The notes under the pieces are model-generated. The model saw only the letters and a list, made by a program, of their open reading frames with translations. It had not been told where the DNA came from and searched no databases. The position numbers and the translations under genes are program-made. Below, one piece after another: positions 31,643-43,900 of a DNA stretch of 64,000 bases. Position 1 is the stretch's first letter; every line of letters starts with the position of its first letter. Where the stretch lies: the NCBI GenBank assembly GCA_964019335.1, contig OZ025756.1, positions 1 through 64,000 on the forward strand, given 5' to 3'. The stretch is from Diplonema japonicum (Eukaryota; Protista; Euglenozoa: Diplonemea).

Positions 31643-31916
31643 AGGAAAACATAGTCATCTTTTCTTTTGAAAAGAAATCTACAGCATTAAAAAAAAAAAA
31701 GAAAAAAAAAATGAAACGACGCTTCTTATTTGTACGCGCACGAGAGAAAAAGAAAGAAAGGAAAGAAAAAGAAAAAAAGAAAAAGAGAAAAAAAAAAATG
31801 CGTCGGGAGGTCTAATTGAGACGCTCCTTTTTCTCATCTACTGCCTGCAAAATCTGCAGGGGAAAAAAAAAATGAAAAAAGGAAAAAAAGAAGAAAAAAA
31901 ACTTCCCCTCATCCCA

Positions 31917-34900
31917 CTACGGAGAACCCGGTGGACTCACAAGACCAAAGACACCATCAGAAGAAGTGGAAACTACAGTTGGAAGGGGAGAGTGAGGCTT
32001 TGAAACGCCAGCCTTGCTGACCTCGAAGAAGCAGGTGTCAGTCCATGCAGACAAGGCGGTGCTGACGAAGAGCTCGCGGGCATCGTCCCTGAGGTAGTGG
32101 CTGCCGTGGTCATCGTCATCGTCGTCTGACACGTCCGTCACTTCATCGTCTCGCTCGGAGTAGATGTAGTCAAGGTCCCCTTCACCGTTCAGCTCGTCCC
32201 TGTCGGCGCTGTGGTCCTTCAGGGTCTCTTTGATGCGCTCCCACTGGGAGGTGGAGAGGAAGAGGTGGCTGTCTCTGACCACCTTGACCTCTCTGTGGTC
32301 GATGACCTCCCCAGTTTCGTGGAGAACAGGGACCACCACCCCCGCGTTGTTGGAGATCAGCAGGTCGCTGTCCCCACCCCCAGAGATCTTGTCCGACATG
32401 CTTCCCGAGTTCCCTTCCTCGTTGTGGTCGTCCCCGTACCCCTTGTCGTGGTACAGCACGATGTCCTTGTACGGCTTCATGGCATCGTTGTGGTAGTGCG
32501 ACAGGTGGTGCTTCGAGTCGGGGTCTGTGACACGGTCCTCCATCTCGCCCTCGATCTCCTTCATGTACTCCTTCTGCGCCTTGTCGATCTCCTTGAAGTC
32601 GTGTTTGGAGTAAGGGTGCGCGTGCACTCCTGCAAAGGTGTTCACGTACACGGTCCCGAAGTCGCCGATCAGAACGTCACTGCCCCCGTTCCCGGACAGG
32701 ATGTCCGCACCCCACCTCGTCAAGGGGAGCCTGTTCCACTTGTGTCGGTACCTCTTCCTTAGGGTCCACTTGCTGAGGTCTCGCGACGGGTGGAAGTGCC
32801 ACTTCACGTGGTCCTCGAGCTCCTCCTCGAGGTGCTTCTCGAGGTGGTTGAACCTCCTGTCGTCGTCGTGGTCATCGTTGTCGTCGTCGTACTCCCTTCT
32901 GTACTTCAACACCGCCTTCGTCACCACAAGGAGGGAGTCCCCCATCACAACGTCCTTCCCTTGTCCGCCGGAGAGGTCGTCGTTTGAGGCGAAGAGGCGG
33001 AACTCGGGGGCTGCGGAGCCGACGTGCCTGCTGGCGTAGAGGTGCTCGACGACAGCGTGGTGGGCCTCGAAGACCGCGTGCGACATGTCGGCCGCAAGGA
33101 TCGCAAAGTCGTGGAAGCCGCGCATCACCCCCTCCACAGCGTTCCCTGCATAGAAGGGGCTCACCTCGTTCATCCAGACAACATCGACCACCACCTCCAT
33201 CGAGTCACCCGCGAGCATGTCGTTCCCGCTCCCCCCGTCCATGGTGTCCCCTCCTACCCTGAGGGAGGCGGGGAGGTCGTAGGTCCCCCTCTCGTGCTGG
33301 TAGGTCCCGACGTCCGTCGACATCCTCGTCAACCGGTACTGCAGCTCCAGCCATCTCGAAGCGGTGGTCTCTCTGAGGTCCACCAACCCCTTCTGAGGGA
33401 AGTGCACCATCGCGTGGTGGAGGGCCGTGTCTCCCACCAGCACGTCCGCACCCTCTCCTCCGTTCAGCACGTCGTTCCCTGCGACCATGTGCCTGTGTCT
33501 CGCTGCGTCTGGGACCACTCCGACGAAGGCGCGCATAACCTTTCTTCTTCCGCCACCATTGTCGTCGTCGTCCGTCCTCCGGAGGTCTTCCACCCCCACA
33601 GCACGGTGCATCGCCGACAGGGAGTTCGGAAGCACCGTCCCGATCGCAGCCCTCTCCAGCGACCGGATAGTCGTCGACCTTGTCACCTGCTCGGGGTCCA
33701 GATGCACCGGGATGTGGATAGCGCTTCCGAACTGTGCGGTCGCTAGGGGCGGGCTGTGCGAGGCGTCTTCCTCCACCGAGAGCACCCTCACCACCTTCGA
33801 GACGAGCGGGAGGCAGGCGTCGTAGTGGTAGGCGGACGACACCTCGTCACCGTACAGCAGGTCCTCCCCGTCGTTCCCGTTCAGCTCGTCGTCCCCGCGC
33901 TGCCCGATGAGGACGTCGTCCCCGTCGTTCCCGTTCAGCACGTCGTTTCCGGGCCGCTTCAGCTTCATTCCGACCATCGCGGTCTCCCACGGATGGGAGT
34001 GCGGGCCCCAGTGGGGGTTGGTGTGGGGGGCCAGTGTCTTCACCAGCTCCCCGTCCGCGGGGCGTGTTTCGTAGCCGCCCATCGCGACGAGCAGGTCCGT
34101 CTCTAGCATCGCGACTGCCTTTTCCGGAGACGACAGGATAGTCTTCCAGGTCTCCAGCCAGCTTGTCACCGTTGCGGGCTCCTCGAGCACGATGTCCTTG
34201 TGCCAGTTTCCGTGTTTCGGGTTCAGCCTCGGCTTCCCGTTGTCCGGGTTCAGGGCCCGCACCACGTGCCCGACGTCCCCGAGGAGCACGTCGTCCCCGT
34301 CCCCGCCGTTCAGCGTGTCGTCGCCGAGCTCCCCGAATATCTCGTCGTCGCCTTCGTCGCCGCTCAGCACGTCGTCCCCGCGCTGCCCGTGGATGATGTC
34401 TGCGCCGGTCCCTCCCGACACCACGTCGTTCCCGAAGACCTCGTCCACGTCGTCGAAGCGCTGCACCGACCTCCACACGTCGTCGAAGTCCCTAGCGTGA
34501 GGGTGAGCCGTCGTGGGGTGCAGTCTCCAGGTCTTTGTGTGCTCGAACGGAGACGTCGCCCCCACGGGAGAAGACCCGCGGAGGTCTCGCTCGATCACCC
34601 CGTTGTCCCCGAGGATCACATCTGCGTCTGCTCCCCCCTCGATCCTGTCGGACCCGTCGGACCCGTGCAGAACGTTGTGCCCGCCCGTTATGTCGTCCTC
34701 TCCCGGACCGCCGTAGATCTGGTCGTCCCCTTGCTGCCCAAGGATGAAGTCGTCCCCTCCCTCTCCGTAGATCCTGTCGGCCCCGCCCATGTCCGCCTCC
34801 GATGTGAAGATGGACTTGTACTGCTTGTCGGGTGCCCGGCTTCCGTCGAACAGCCCGTGGTCTCCGAGCAGCACGTCCCCGCCGCTCCCGCCACGGATCA

Positions 34901-37900
34901 CGTCCCCGCCCGTTCCGCCGAACACGAAATCCTCGTCCTCCCCCGAGTCAATCGTGTCGCTTCCTCCCAGCCCTGTCACGGGGTCGATGGTCTCCGCCCT
35001 CTTGATCCGGTGCGCCGCCGCTCCGCCCATCAGCACCACCGCTTGGTCTCCGAACACCATGTCTCGTCCCGAGTCGCCGAAGATCGTGTCCCCGCCCTGC
35101 TGTCCGACGAGCACGTCGTCTCCCATGCCGCCCTCCATGTGGTCCTCCCCGCCGGAGGCTTCGTCTGTTCCGATCGCCGTGAAGGTCCTGTCCGACACCG
35201 AGCTCGGCGTAGCCTGCTCCAGCTTCCCGAAGTCCCCGAAGACCACGTCCTCGTCGCCGTCGCCGTACAAGAAATCACCCGCTGCTCCTCCAAAGATGTA
35301 GTCGTTCCCCGTCCCGCCGTGGATCCTGTCCTCGCCACCGGACCCCGCATCGAAGTCGAAGCACTCCAAGGTCTTTCCGTTCGGGAGGAGCTCCACTAGC
35401 GCCTGGTCCCCGAACATCCAGTCCCGTCCAGCGTCCCCGGTCATGTTGTCCGCCCCCTGCCCGCCGAACAGGATGTCGTTCCCAGAGTTTCCGTGCATTT
35501 CGTCCTCTCCTCCCTCCTTCCACCCCGCCTCCGTCGTCCTCGTCGTGTACCTCGTCTCTCCGTTCAGGCGCCTGTACGTCCCGTGGTCCCCGAACATCAC
35601 GTCCTGGTCCTCGTCGCCGTACATGTCGTCGTCCCCGGCGCCCCCGAACAAGACGTCGTCCTCTGAACCGCCGTGGATCTCGTCGTCACCCCCGCCTCCG
35701 TTCACGGGGTCCGTCACTTCAACCGTGACGTCGCTGTTGTCGCTCCCAACCGTCCTGATGCGTCCGTGGTCGCCGAATACCCAGTCCGCTCCTGCCCCGC
35801 CGGTGAGCTCGTCGTTGCCCTGGCCTCCGAACAGGTAGTCGTCGCCTCCCTGTCCGTGAAGCGAGTCTGCCGCCGCATCTGTCGCATCTGCCTCAACAAC
35901 AACAACAACAGCGGTGTATGTTGACACGAATTCCAAACTTCCGGGAACCATCGTCTCGTACTTCCCAAAGTCACCGAAGATCACATCGTTGTGCTCTCCT
36001 CCTTCTACTGTGTCTCCCCCTGTCCCGCCGAAGATGTAGTCCTCCTGCGAGCCACCGTAGATGGTGTCGGCGTCCCCTTGGGTGGGGTCCATCGACTGTA
36101 CGCGCTCCAGCTTCGCAGCGGGGTTCAGCTCGATCGTCCCGTGGTCTCCGAAGATCCAGTCCGCACCGCTGTCCCCGTGAATCCTGTCCTTCCCTTGTCC
36201 TCCGAACAGGAAGTCGTCCCCGGCCCCTCCGTGGATCACGTCCCCGGTCCCGAAGTACAGGTTGTTCGTGTCGATCGATGCGATTGTCCTCACCTCCCCC
36301 GACAGGGTGTACGACCCGAAGTCTCCGAAGAGCACGTCTGCCTGGTCTCCGCCGTGCATGGTGTCGTTCGACGGGCCTCCGAACAGGATGTCTTCGTCTT
36401 CCTCTCCGTGCATCGTGTCGTCTCCCCCGTTCAGCGGCTCGCTCGTCTTGAGCGTTGTCGTTGTACCCATCACCGTCACCTCTCCGTGGTCGCCGAACAG
36501 CCAGTCTTTCCCCGTCCCTCCCTGCATCGTGTCGTTCACCTCTCCGCCGATCAGCACGTCGTTCCCTGACCCTCCAAAGATCCTATCGTCCCCGCCCGCC
36601 GACAGCTCCGCGAGGGACACGACCACAAGGCCGGCCGCCGTGCTCGTCTCGATCCTCCCGTGGTCTCCGATGATCACATCCTCGTCGGCGTCGCCCCACA
36701 GGGTGTCCCCCAGGTGTCCCCCGATGATCACGTCCTTCCCAGGGCCCCCGTTAACCTCGTCGGCGTCTCCGACCGTCGGGGTCTGCGACTGCGCCCTGTG
36801 CAGGTCCGAGCCATCGTTCGACGGGTCGTACTCCACCTTCCCGCAGTCCGACAGGATCCAGTCGTCCCCGAGGTCTCCGGTGATCTCGTCCTTCCCTTGC
36901 CCGCCGAGGATCACATCGTCCCCGTCGTTGCCGTGGACCTCGTCGTCCCCCCCGGCCTCTCCCGGGAACAAGCACTGCATCGTCCTCCTCACCGTGTTAC
37001 TCAGCCCTCCCGGACCGGGCGCCGCGAACGACCCGAAGTCTCCGAAGGCCACGTCCGCAGCCCCGTTTCCTTCGATTGTGTCGTCCCCAACCCCGCCGAA
37101 GATCACGTCCTCGTCGTCCCCTCCGAAGATCGTGTCCGCGTCGCCAGTGAGCGGCGAGGTCGACACCGCCTCGAAGTCGCCGTTGCTGGCCCGCTCCACC
37201 TTCCCGTGGTCTCCGAACAGGGTGTCCAGCCCGCCCTCTCCGCGGACCTCGTCCTCGCCCTGGCCCCCGAAGACGACGTCGTTCTCCGATCCACCAGCAA
37301 GCGAGTCGTTGTTCCCGTTCAGGTACTCTGTTTCCGCCGTGGAGACGAGCACGAGGGTGTCCACCACTTCCATCGCCTCCGCCCCCGCCTCCGCCTCCAC
37401 CACTACTCCCTTCCTTCTGCTGTAGGAACCGAAGTCTCCGAAAAGGGTATCCTCGCCGCTGTTTCCTTGAACCGTGTCGCCCCCCGCGCCGCCGACCAGC
37501 ACGTCTGCTTCCGTCCCACCGTACATTGTGTCAGCCATCCCGGAGTCTCCGACCGCTGTCGACAGCGCCTCCACCTCCCTCGGGTTCGTGCTCTCCTTCA
37601 CGGACACCTCACCGTGGTCCCCGAACATCAGGTCCTCGCCGCCCTCGCCGTACATCGTGTCGCTCCCCTGGCCTCCGAAGAGCACGTCCCCGGCCGACCC
37701 CCCGAACACAACGTCGTCCCCACCGTCCAGCTCCGTTTCTGTCAAGGACGATGCCGCGGTGAAGTCTCCGGGCACACTGCTACTGTCATACACCCCGTAG
37801 TCTCCGAAGACCACGTCCAGGTCCGACCCGCCCCACAAAAAGTCTCCCTCTGCGCCACCAACAAGAACGTCTCTCCCAGACCCGCCGTACAGGTGGTCCA

Positions 37901-40900
37901 CCCCGCCACTCCCGGCGGACGTCGCCTTCGCCAACATGATCTCCCGCGTCTTCCCCACCGCGTTCGGGAGCTCCAGGTAGGTGACCTCCACGGACCCGTG
38001 GTCTCCGAACAGAGCGTCTTCCCCGTCCTCCGTCTCCAGAATGTCTTCCCCGGTTCCGCCGAGGGCGATGTCGTCCGAAGCCCGCGTCCTCAGAAGGTCG
38101 TTCCCGCCCATCGACGCACACGTCGTCGCAGCCTGTTTCACCCTCCCTTCCCCGTCATAGGTAACGCTTCCGAAGTCTCCGAAAACCACATCCAGCCCAG
38201 AGTCCGTTGTGATGTTATCATTCCCAAGACCGCCGAAGACAACCTCCGACGAGGCCCCAACGGAGGTGATGTTGTCGTTCCCGCCAGCCGAGCAGTGGTC
38301 AGTGTAGGCGACCGAGGGAAGCTCCACAGCGCCGGTGAGGGGCGCGGTCGCGAGGTGCGGGTGCCCGAGTATGTAGCCCGATCCTGCCGCTCCGAAGCGT
38401 ACGAACCCGTCGTCCCCGAAAATGATGTCGTTCCCGCTCCCCGCGAGGATCTGGTCGTCGTCCGCCCCTCCCAGCAGCAGAAGGGGGAGCGTCGACGCCG
38501 TTGCGTCGATCACGTCGTTCCCTTCCTCCCCGTGCACCACCGCGAACCCGTCCTTCTCCGCCTCCAAGCTCACCGTTATCTTGTCATTCCCAGCCCCTGC
38601 GTTCACCGTCGTCACCGTCCGCCCCGTCCCCGTTCCGTCCGCTCCCGTCGTTGACTCCAGCGAGATTACGTCGTCCCCCTCACTCAGCCAGAAGCTGATC
38701 CCCCTGCTGAAGTTCCCGAGGTAGTTGATAGTGACGGGGGCGAGGTTTCTGATGGAGCCCGCGAGGAGGCGCACTACCACCTCTTCCTTCTCCCCCTTCG
38801 CCTCCCCAGTGGAGTCGGACACCATGAGCCTGTTCATCCCGGTGCTCATGTCGATCAAGAGCGGGGCCTCCACGTACTTCATCCACCCCCGCAGGCTCGT
38901 CGCTGCCTCCGCTGCGAACCAGTCCGCCAGCCCGGCATCGGAGCCGATCGCCACCGTGTCGTCCCCTTCGAAGGTGCGCACCGTGGTGGGGATCGAGGTC
39001 CCCCTCACGTTCAACACGTCCCGCGCCGTCTGGCTCACCGCCATGTCGATCGCGAGCGACTCCACCTCTCCGTAGGTCACCCCCGAGAACCGCTGCCTGG
39101 AGCTCACGTCCACCCCGGCCAGATACTCGTGCTCCGCGTTGCTCACCCCCGACAGATCCAAGCGCAGAGAGGTGACGTCCGTGGTGGGCCCCACAACCTC
39201 CCCTTGGTACTTCACGAGGTAGGTCTGGGAGTCCACCTTGTCCACCTTGAAGGCCTGCGTGCACCGGCTCCGCCCTGCTTTCCCGCAGATCTCCCTCCTC
39301 CCCACGGGGAAGATCGCCGACTGCAGCTCTTCCTCCATCTCCTGAGCGGACACCCCCACAGCGAAGGTCAGCGGGTAGGTCGTCCCGTTGAAGCCGAACT
39401 CCACGCCGAATGAGCCCCCGCTTCCCTTCACCCGAAGCTCCTGCAGCACGAGCGATCCCGCGGGGCGGGCCGCCTTCATCCCGAGCCCCGTGATGTCGGA
39501 CTGCGTCAAGACCCCGGCGAGGTCTCCCGGGTTCCCCCCACCGTTTCTCACTGTCAGGCTGTCCGTCCCGGAGCCTCCGATCACCGCGACCACGTCGTTG
39601 ATCTTCAGCAACAGCCCGCTCTCGTCACCAATCGTGATCTCGTCGTCTCCCTCTCCGCCAACCACAAAGGTCGGACCGTCCACCCCGAGCACCGTGATGT
39701 TGTCCTTCGACTTCCCCGCGTTCAGGTAGGTCGACCCGGCGTGCGTCCCGTTCACGATCACCGTGTCCACAGCCGCCCCGAGGTTCACCACCACCGTCTC
39801 CATGTCGTAGTAGGTCACCCCTCCAGGGATTATCTCTCCCCCTAGGTTTCGGTCTCCTCCCATCCCCATCCCGGTGACTCTTCCGTCTACGAGAGTCGTC
39901 AAGGTGGGGAGGAAGCCTCCCGTGTTCTGGATCACCATCGTGTCCACCTGCTCCGCCTCCACAACGTTCAGCCACTGGTTGTCGATTCCGGGGAAGAACG
40001 CTGCGTCCGTTTCGTCGGGGAGCATGATAGGGTCGAGGAGGCCCGTCGCCTCCGGCGCCTCCCCGCCTCCCGCCGTCAAGGGTCCCTGGATCTGGTAGGC
40101 GAGTGCCGGCTGCGACGGGAACTGCTTGATGGTAGAGTCGTCCAGCACGGTGTCGTCGATCGCCGTAACCGTCACAGTCTGCGGCTTGAAGTAGTCCGAG
40201 GAGGTGAAGGTGAGCTGCTCCGGCGACACCGTCACCTGCTTCTTTGCCTCCTCTCCGGATTTCTTCGCGTAGGTCTTGGCAACGTCCGCCGTCACCGTCA
40301 CCTCTCCTTTGGGGGGCATCGTCAGGTACACCAGGTAGGTGTCCGTGAAGCCTCCTTCCAGCACCCCCGTCGACCCCTCCGACTCCAGCACCACCACCCC
40401 GGGGGCCTCGTCGTCCAGAATCTGAATGCTCACGTAGCCCACCGACTTCGTCTTGTAGATCGGATTCTCTGTCACCACCTTGTGCTGCACCGTGGTGTAG
40501 TGGAAGCCTTCCACCTCTCCGTCGTCCTTCGAGGTCACCGTCACGGTCTGCCTGCACCCCGTCGCCGTGGTCAGGTAGAAGCTTTCCGGGCTCACCGACA
40601 CCTGCTCCGAGTCGTAGTCCGCGACGATCTGCACTGGCTTCGACGACACGGGGAAGGGGCAGGGCTTCAGCAAGACCTCGTAGCTCACGGTCTTCCCGAT
40701 CGACCCCAGGCCCGTCTCCGAGATCTTCAGCCCGTGGCTGTCCGGCTCCACAACGTAGATAGCGTTCTCGTCGCGGTCGATGATCCGCACAGGCATTGCC
40801 TCCACAACTCTCGTGTCGTAGCCGTCGTTGTTGTCCGGGAGCTGCACCACGTTGTGCCCCAAGAAGATCACCTCGTTCCCCTCCACCGCCCGGTCGTAGG

Positions 40901-43900
40901 ACACCACCGTCACCGTCACCGTGCGCGGCTGGTCCCAGTTCCCGTTCGGGCTGAAGACGAGGTAGTCCGGGGAGACCGTCACGCTCGCCGCGTTCTCGAT
41001 CTGGGAAGGCGCGCTCGGGACCACGATCCCGACCGTCACCTCCGCGGTGATCTGCTTCGTCAGCCTCGCCGTGTAGACCGCCGTTCGCACCGCGCCCCCT
41101 TCCTCCAGCGTCATCAGGGTCGGGGTGTCGAAGACGATGTCTGAGGCCTCGTCGTCCGCGACGTTCGCGGAGATACCGTGCGCTTCCAGGTTGTTGTAGT
41201 CCGCGTCCCCCGCGCTCGTCACGAGGTGGTTGATCACCCCGCTGTGGCCCTTTAGGTCGTTGCTGTCCACCGCCTCCGACATGGTCGGGGTCACGTGGAT
41301 CGCGTCGCTCCCGAGCCCCATGAAGACGCTCGTCTGCACCTGCTCCGCGGTCGACAGCACGTACACCGTGTCGTCCCCGGCCAGCGTCGTCAGCTCCACG
41401 CTCTCGATCCCTGTGAAGGTGACGTAGAGCCCCGCCCCGTAGATTCCGTCCCTCGTGATCACGAAGGTGTCCGGGAGGTCAGTCCCGATCGCCACCAGCG
41501 TGTCGAACCCCGGTCCGCCGTCGATCGACACGGGAGCGTTGATCGTGTAGAAGACGGTGTCGTCCCCCTCGTCCGTCAGCACCTCGGTCTGCTGGATCTC
41601 TGGGTCGGGCTTGGTCTGGTCTTCCGCGTCCCACAGCGCGAAGGCCCGCACGGTGAAGCGGTCGTTCCCGATCCCGCCGCGCAGGGAGAGGGTCGCCTTG
41701 TTCCTCATCACCACGAAGGTGTCCTCCCCGGACTCCCCGTTCGCGTTCAGGTGGAAGTTGTTCCCGTCCGACAGATAGCCCTCCGTCGTCCGAGTCGTGT
41801 TGAAGACGTCTTCGACCCCGGGGATGTGCACCGAGTCACGGATCCCGTTGTACAGCTGCCCCACCAAGAACCGGTCGTCCCCGGCCCCGCCGTTCAAGGT
41901 GATGATCCCGGACGTGGAGTCCGAGGCGAAGGTGTCCGCCCCGTCGTGCCCGTTGATCGTGATCCCGTCGTTTATCCCTCGGTCCATGTCGATCCTCTCC
42001 GCAGAGCGCGTCGCTCCTGTGTTGTGGATGAGCGCGATGAAGTTGTGCCGGATCAAGAACTGGTCCTCGAAGGGGGTTCCGTTGATCTCCAGCGTGTTCT
42101 TCTCCTTCCCGTTCGTCTCGAAGAACCCGGAGTCCGTCACCGTCACCCTCGAGGTCCCCGTTCCGGCCATCCCGATCGACACGTGGTCGTCTCCCAGCTG
42201 CCCGTCCAGGGTCAGGCTGCTCGTGATCGTGTTGATCCGCGTGTCCCCTTCCAGGGTGAGGGGGATGATGAGGGTGTCTGCTCCGGAGCCGCCGAGGATC
42301 GTGGTCGGCCCCTTGATCGCGCTCACCGTGAGCTCGTCCGCCGCGTTCCCCCCGACCACCTTCACCGAACCGAAGTGGGTCCCCCTCACCTCGAACACGT
42401 TCTTCTCGTCAGTCGAGAGCTTCACAACCATGCTTCCGAAGCTGCTGTACAGCACCCCCTCCCCGAACAGACCAAGCCCCTGCATGCTCGCGTCCGAGAG
42501 GTATCCTCTTTGCGTCCCGGAGGTGTCCTTCGTGTCGTCGAAGACAACCGTGCTGGTCTTCCCGTAGTCCCCTGTCACCGACAAGGGGGACCGGATCTTG
42601 TTCAGCGTCCCGGACCCGACCGTGATCGTGTCCGCCCCGCCCGTTGCCTTCACGGAGACCGAGGTCCCCGCCACCGTGCTCTCCACCACAAACTGGTCGC
42701 TTCCGGTCCCGAGCTCCACGATCACCAGCTCCATCTCCGAGTAGAAGACCCGCCCGGGGATCCCGAGCCCCTTCACCTCCGCCTCCGTGAGGGAGCCCGC
42801 CTGGCTTCCCGCGTTCGATGGGACCTGCACCACGAGGGTGTCCTGTCCGTTTCCACCGACCACGTGGAGCTCTCCGTTCAAAGCGGACTGCTGCGTCACC
42901 GTCACTCGGTCGCTTCCCCCGTTCAGATAGAGGAAAGTCTTCGCCCCCGCGGGTGACCCCGTCACCGTGATCGTGTCCGTTTGGTCCGGGAAGCGGAACA
43001 CCACCTCCTCGAAGTGGTCGAAAGCTACCCCTCCCGCCCCGAGGCCGAACCCGGTCACCCTGTCCGCCGCGATCGTCCCCGCAGGGAGCTTGTCTGCGTA
43101 GCTCGTCCAGTCAAAAATAAGCCTGTCCTTCGAGCTGTCCGCCACATCGCTTCCCACCCCGTAGTCTCCCGAGAACGACCCCTGCCCCACGGGGTTCACC
43201 AGCAGGAAGGTGTCGCCGAAGCGTCCCCCCTTCCCGTCGTAGTTGCTGATCCCTTGGAACTCGCTCTGCAGGCGGTTGTCTTCCTGCGTCCCCGACGGCG
43301 GCGTCCCGAACAACACCTCTACAGACTCCGATCCGCTCGTCCCGTCCACGTGCCGCACCGTCATGTACTCCCCGAAGTCCTTCGTGTTCTGGAACTTCCT
43401 CTCCCCGGCGCTCGGCCCCACGTTCAGCCTCAGCGTCGACTGGTCGGGCGGTGCGAGGATCGGGAGCGGCTCCGGGGTCGTGTCGATCTCCAAGAAGCAC
43501 ACGTCCTTTGTGTACGACCACTTCGTGTCCCACCTCCCCCGCGGCCAGCAGAAGAACAGCTTGCACTTCCAGTTCACGAACGGGTTGAACAGCTCGATCT
43601 TCAGGGTCGCCCCCGCGCACATCTTGATCTTGATGTTGAAGATGTCAAGGAAGGACCCCTTCTCGATGATACTCTTGATCTCGCTGAAGCGGATCTTCCC
43701 GTCGTCGTTGGGGTCGAAGAAGTCAACTGACCCTTCGAAGCTGAATCTCCCTTCTGCGCTCGCTCTCACCAGGAGCAGGTTCAGGGTCGCCCCAAGCTTC
43801 AACACCCCCTTGCTGTACAGCTCCGGGACGTCCGCCCCTTTTCCGTCCGGGGTGTCAGTGTCGCTGATGAAGAAGCCGTCGAGCGCGAGGAGCGGGTTGA

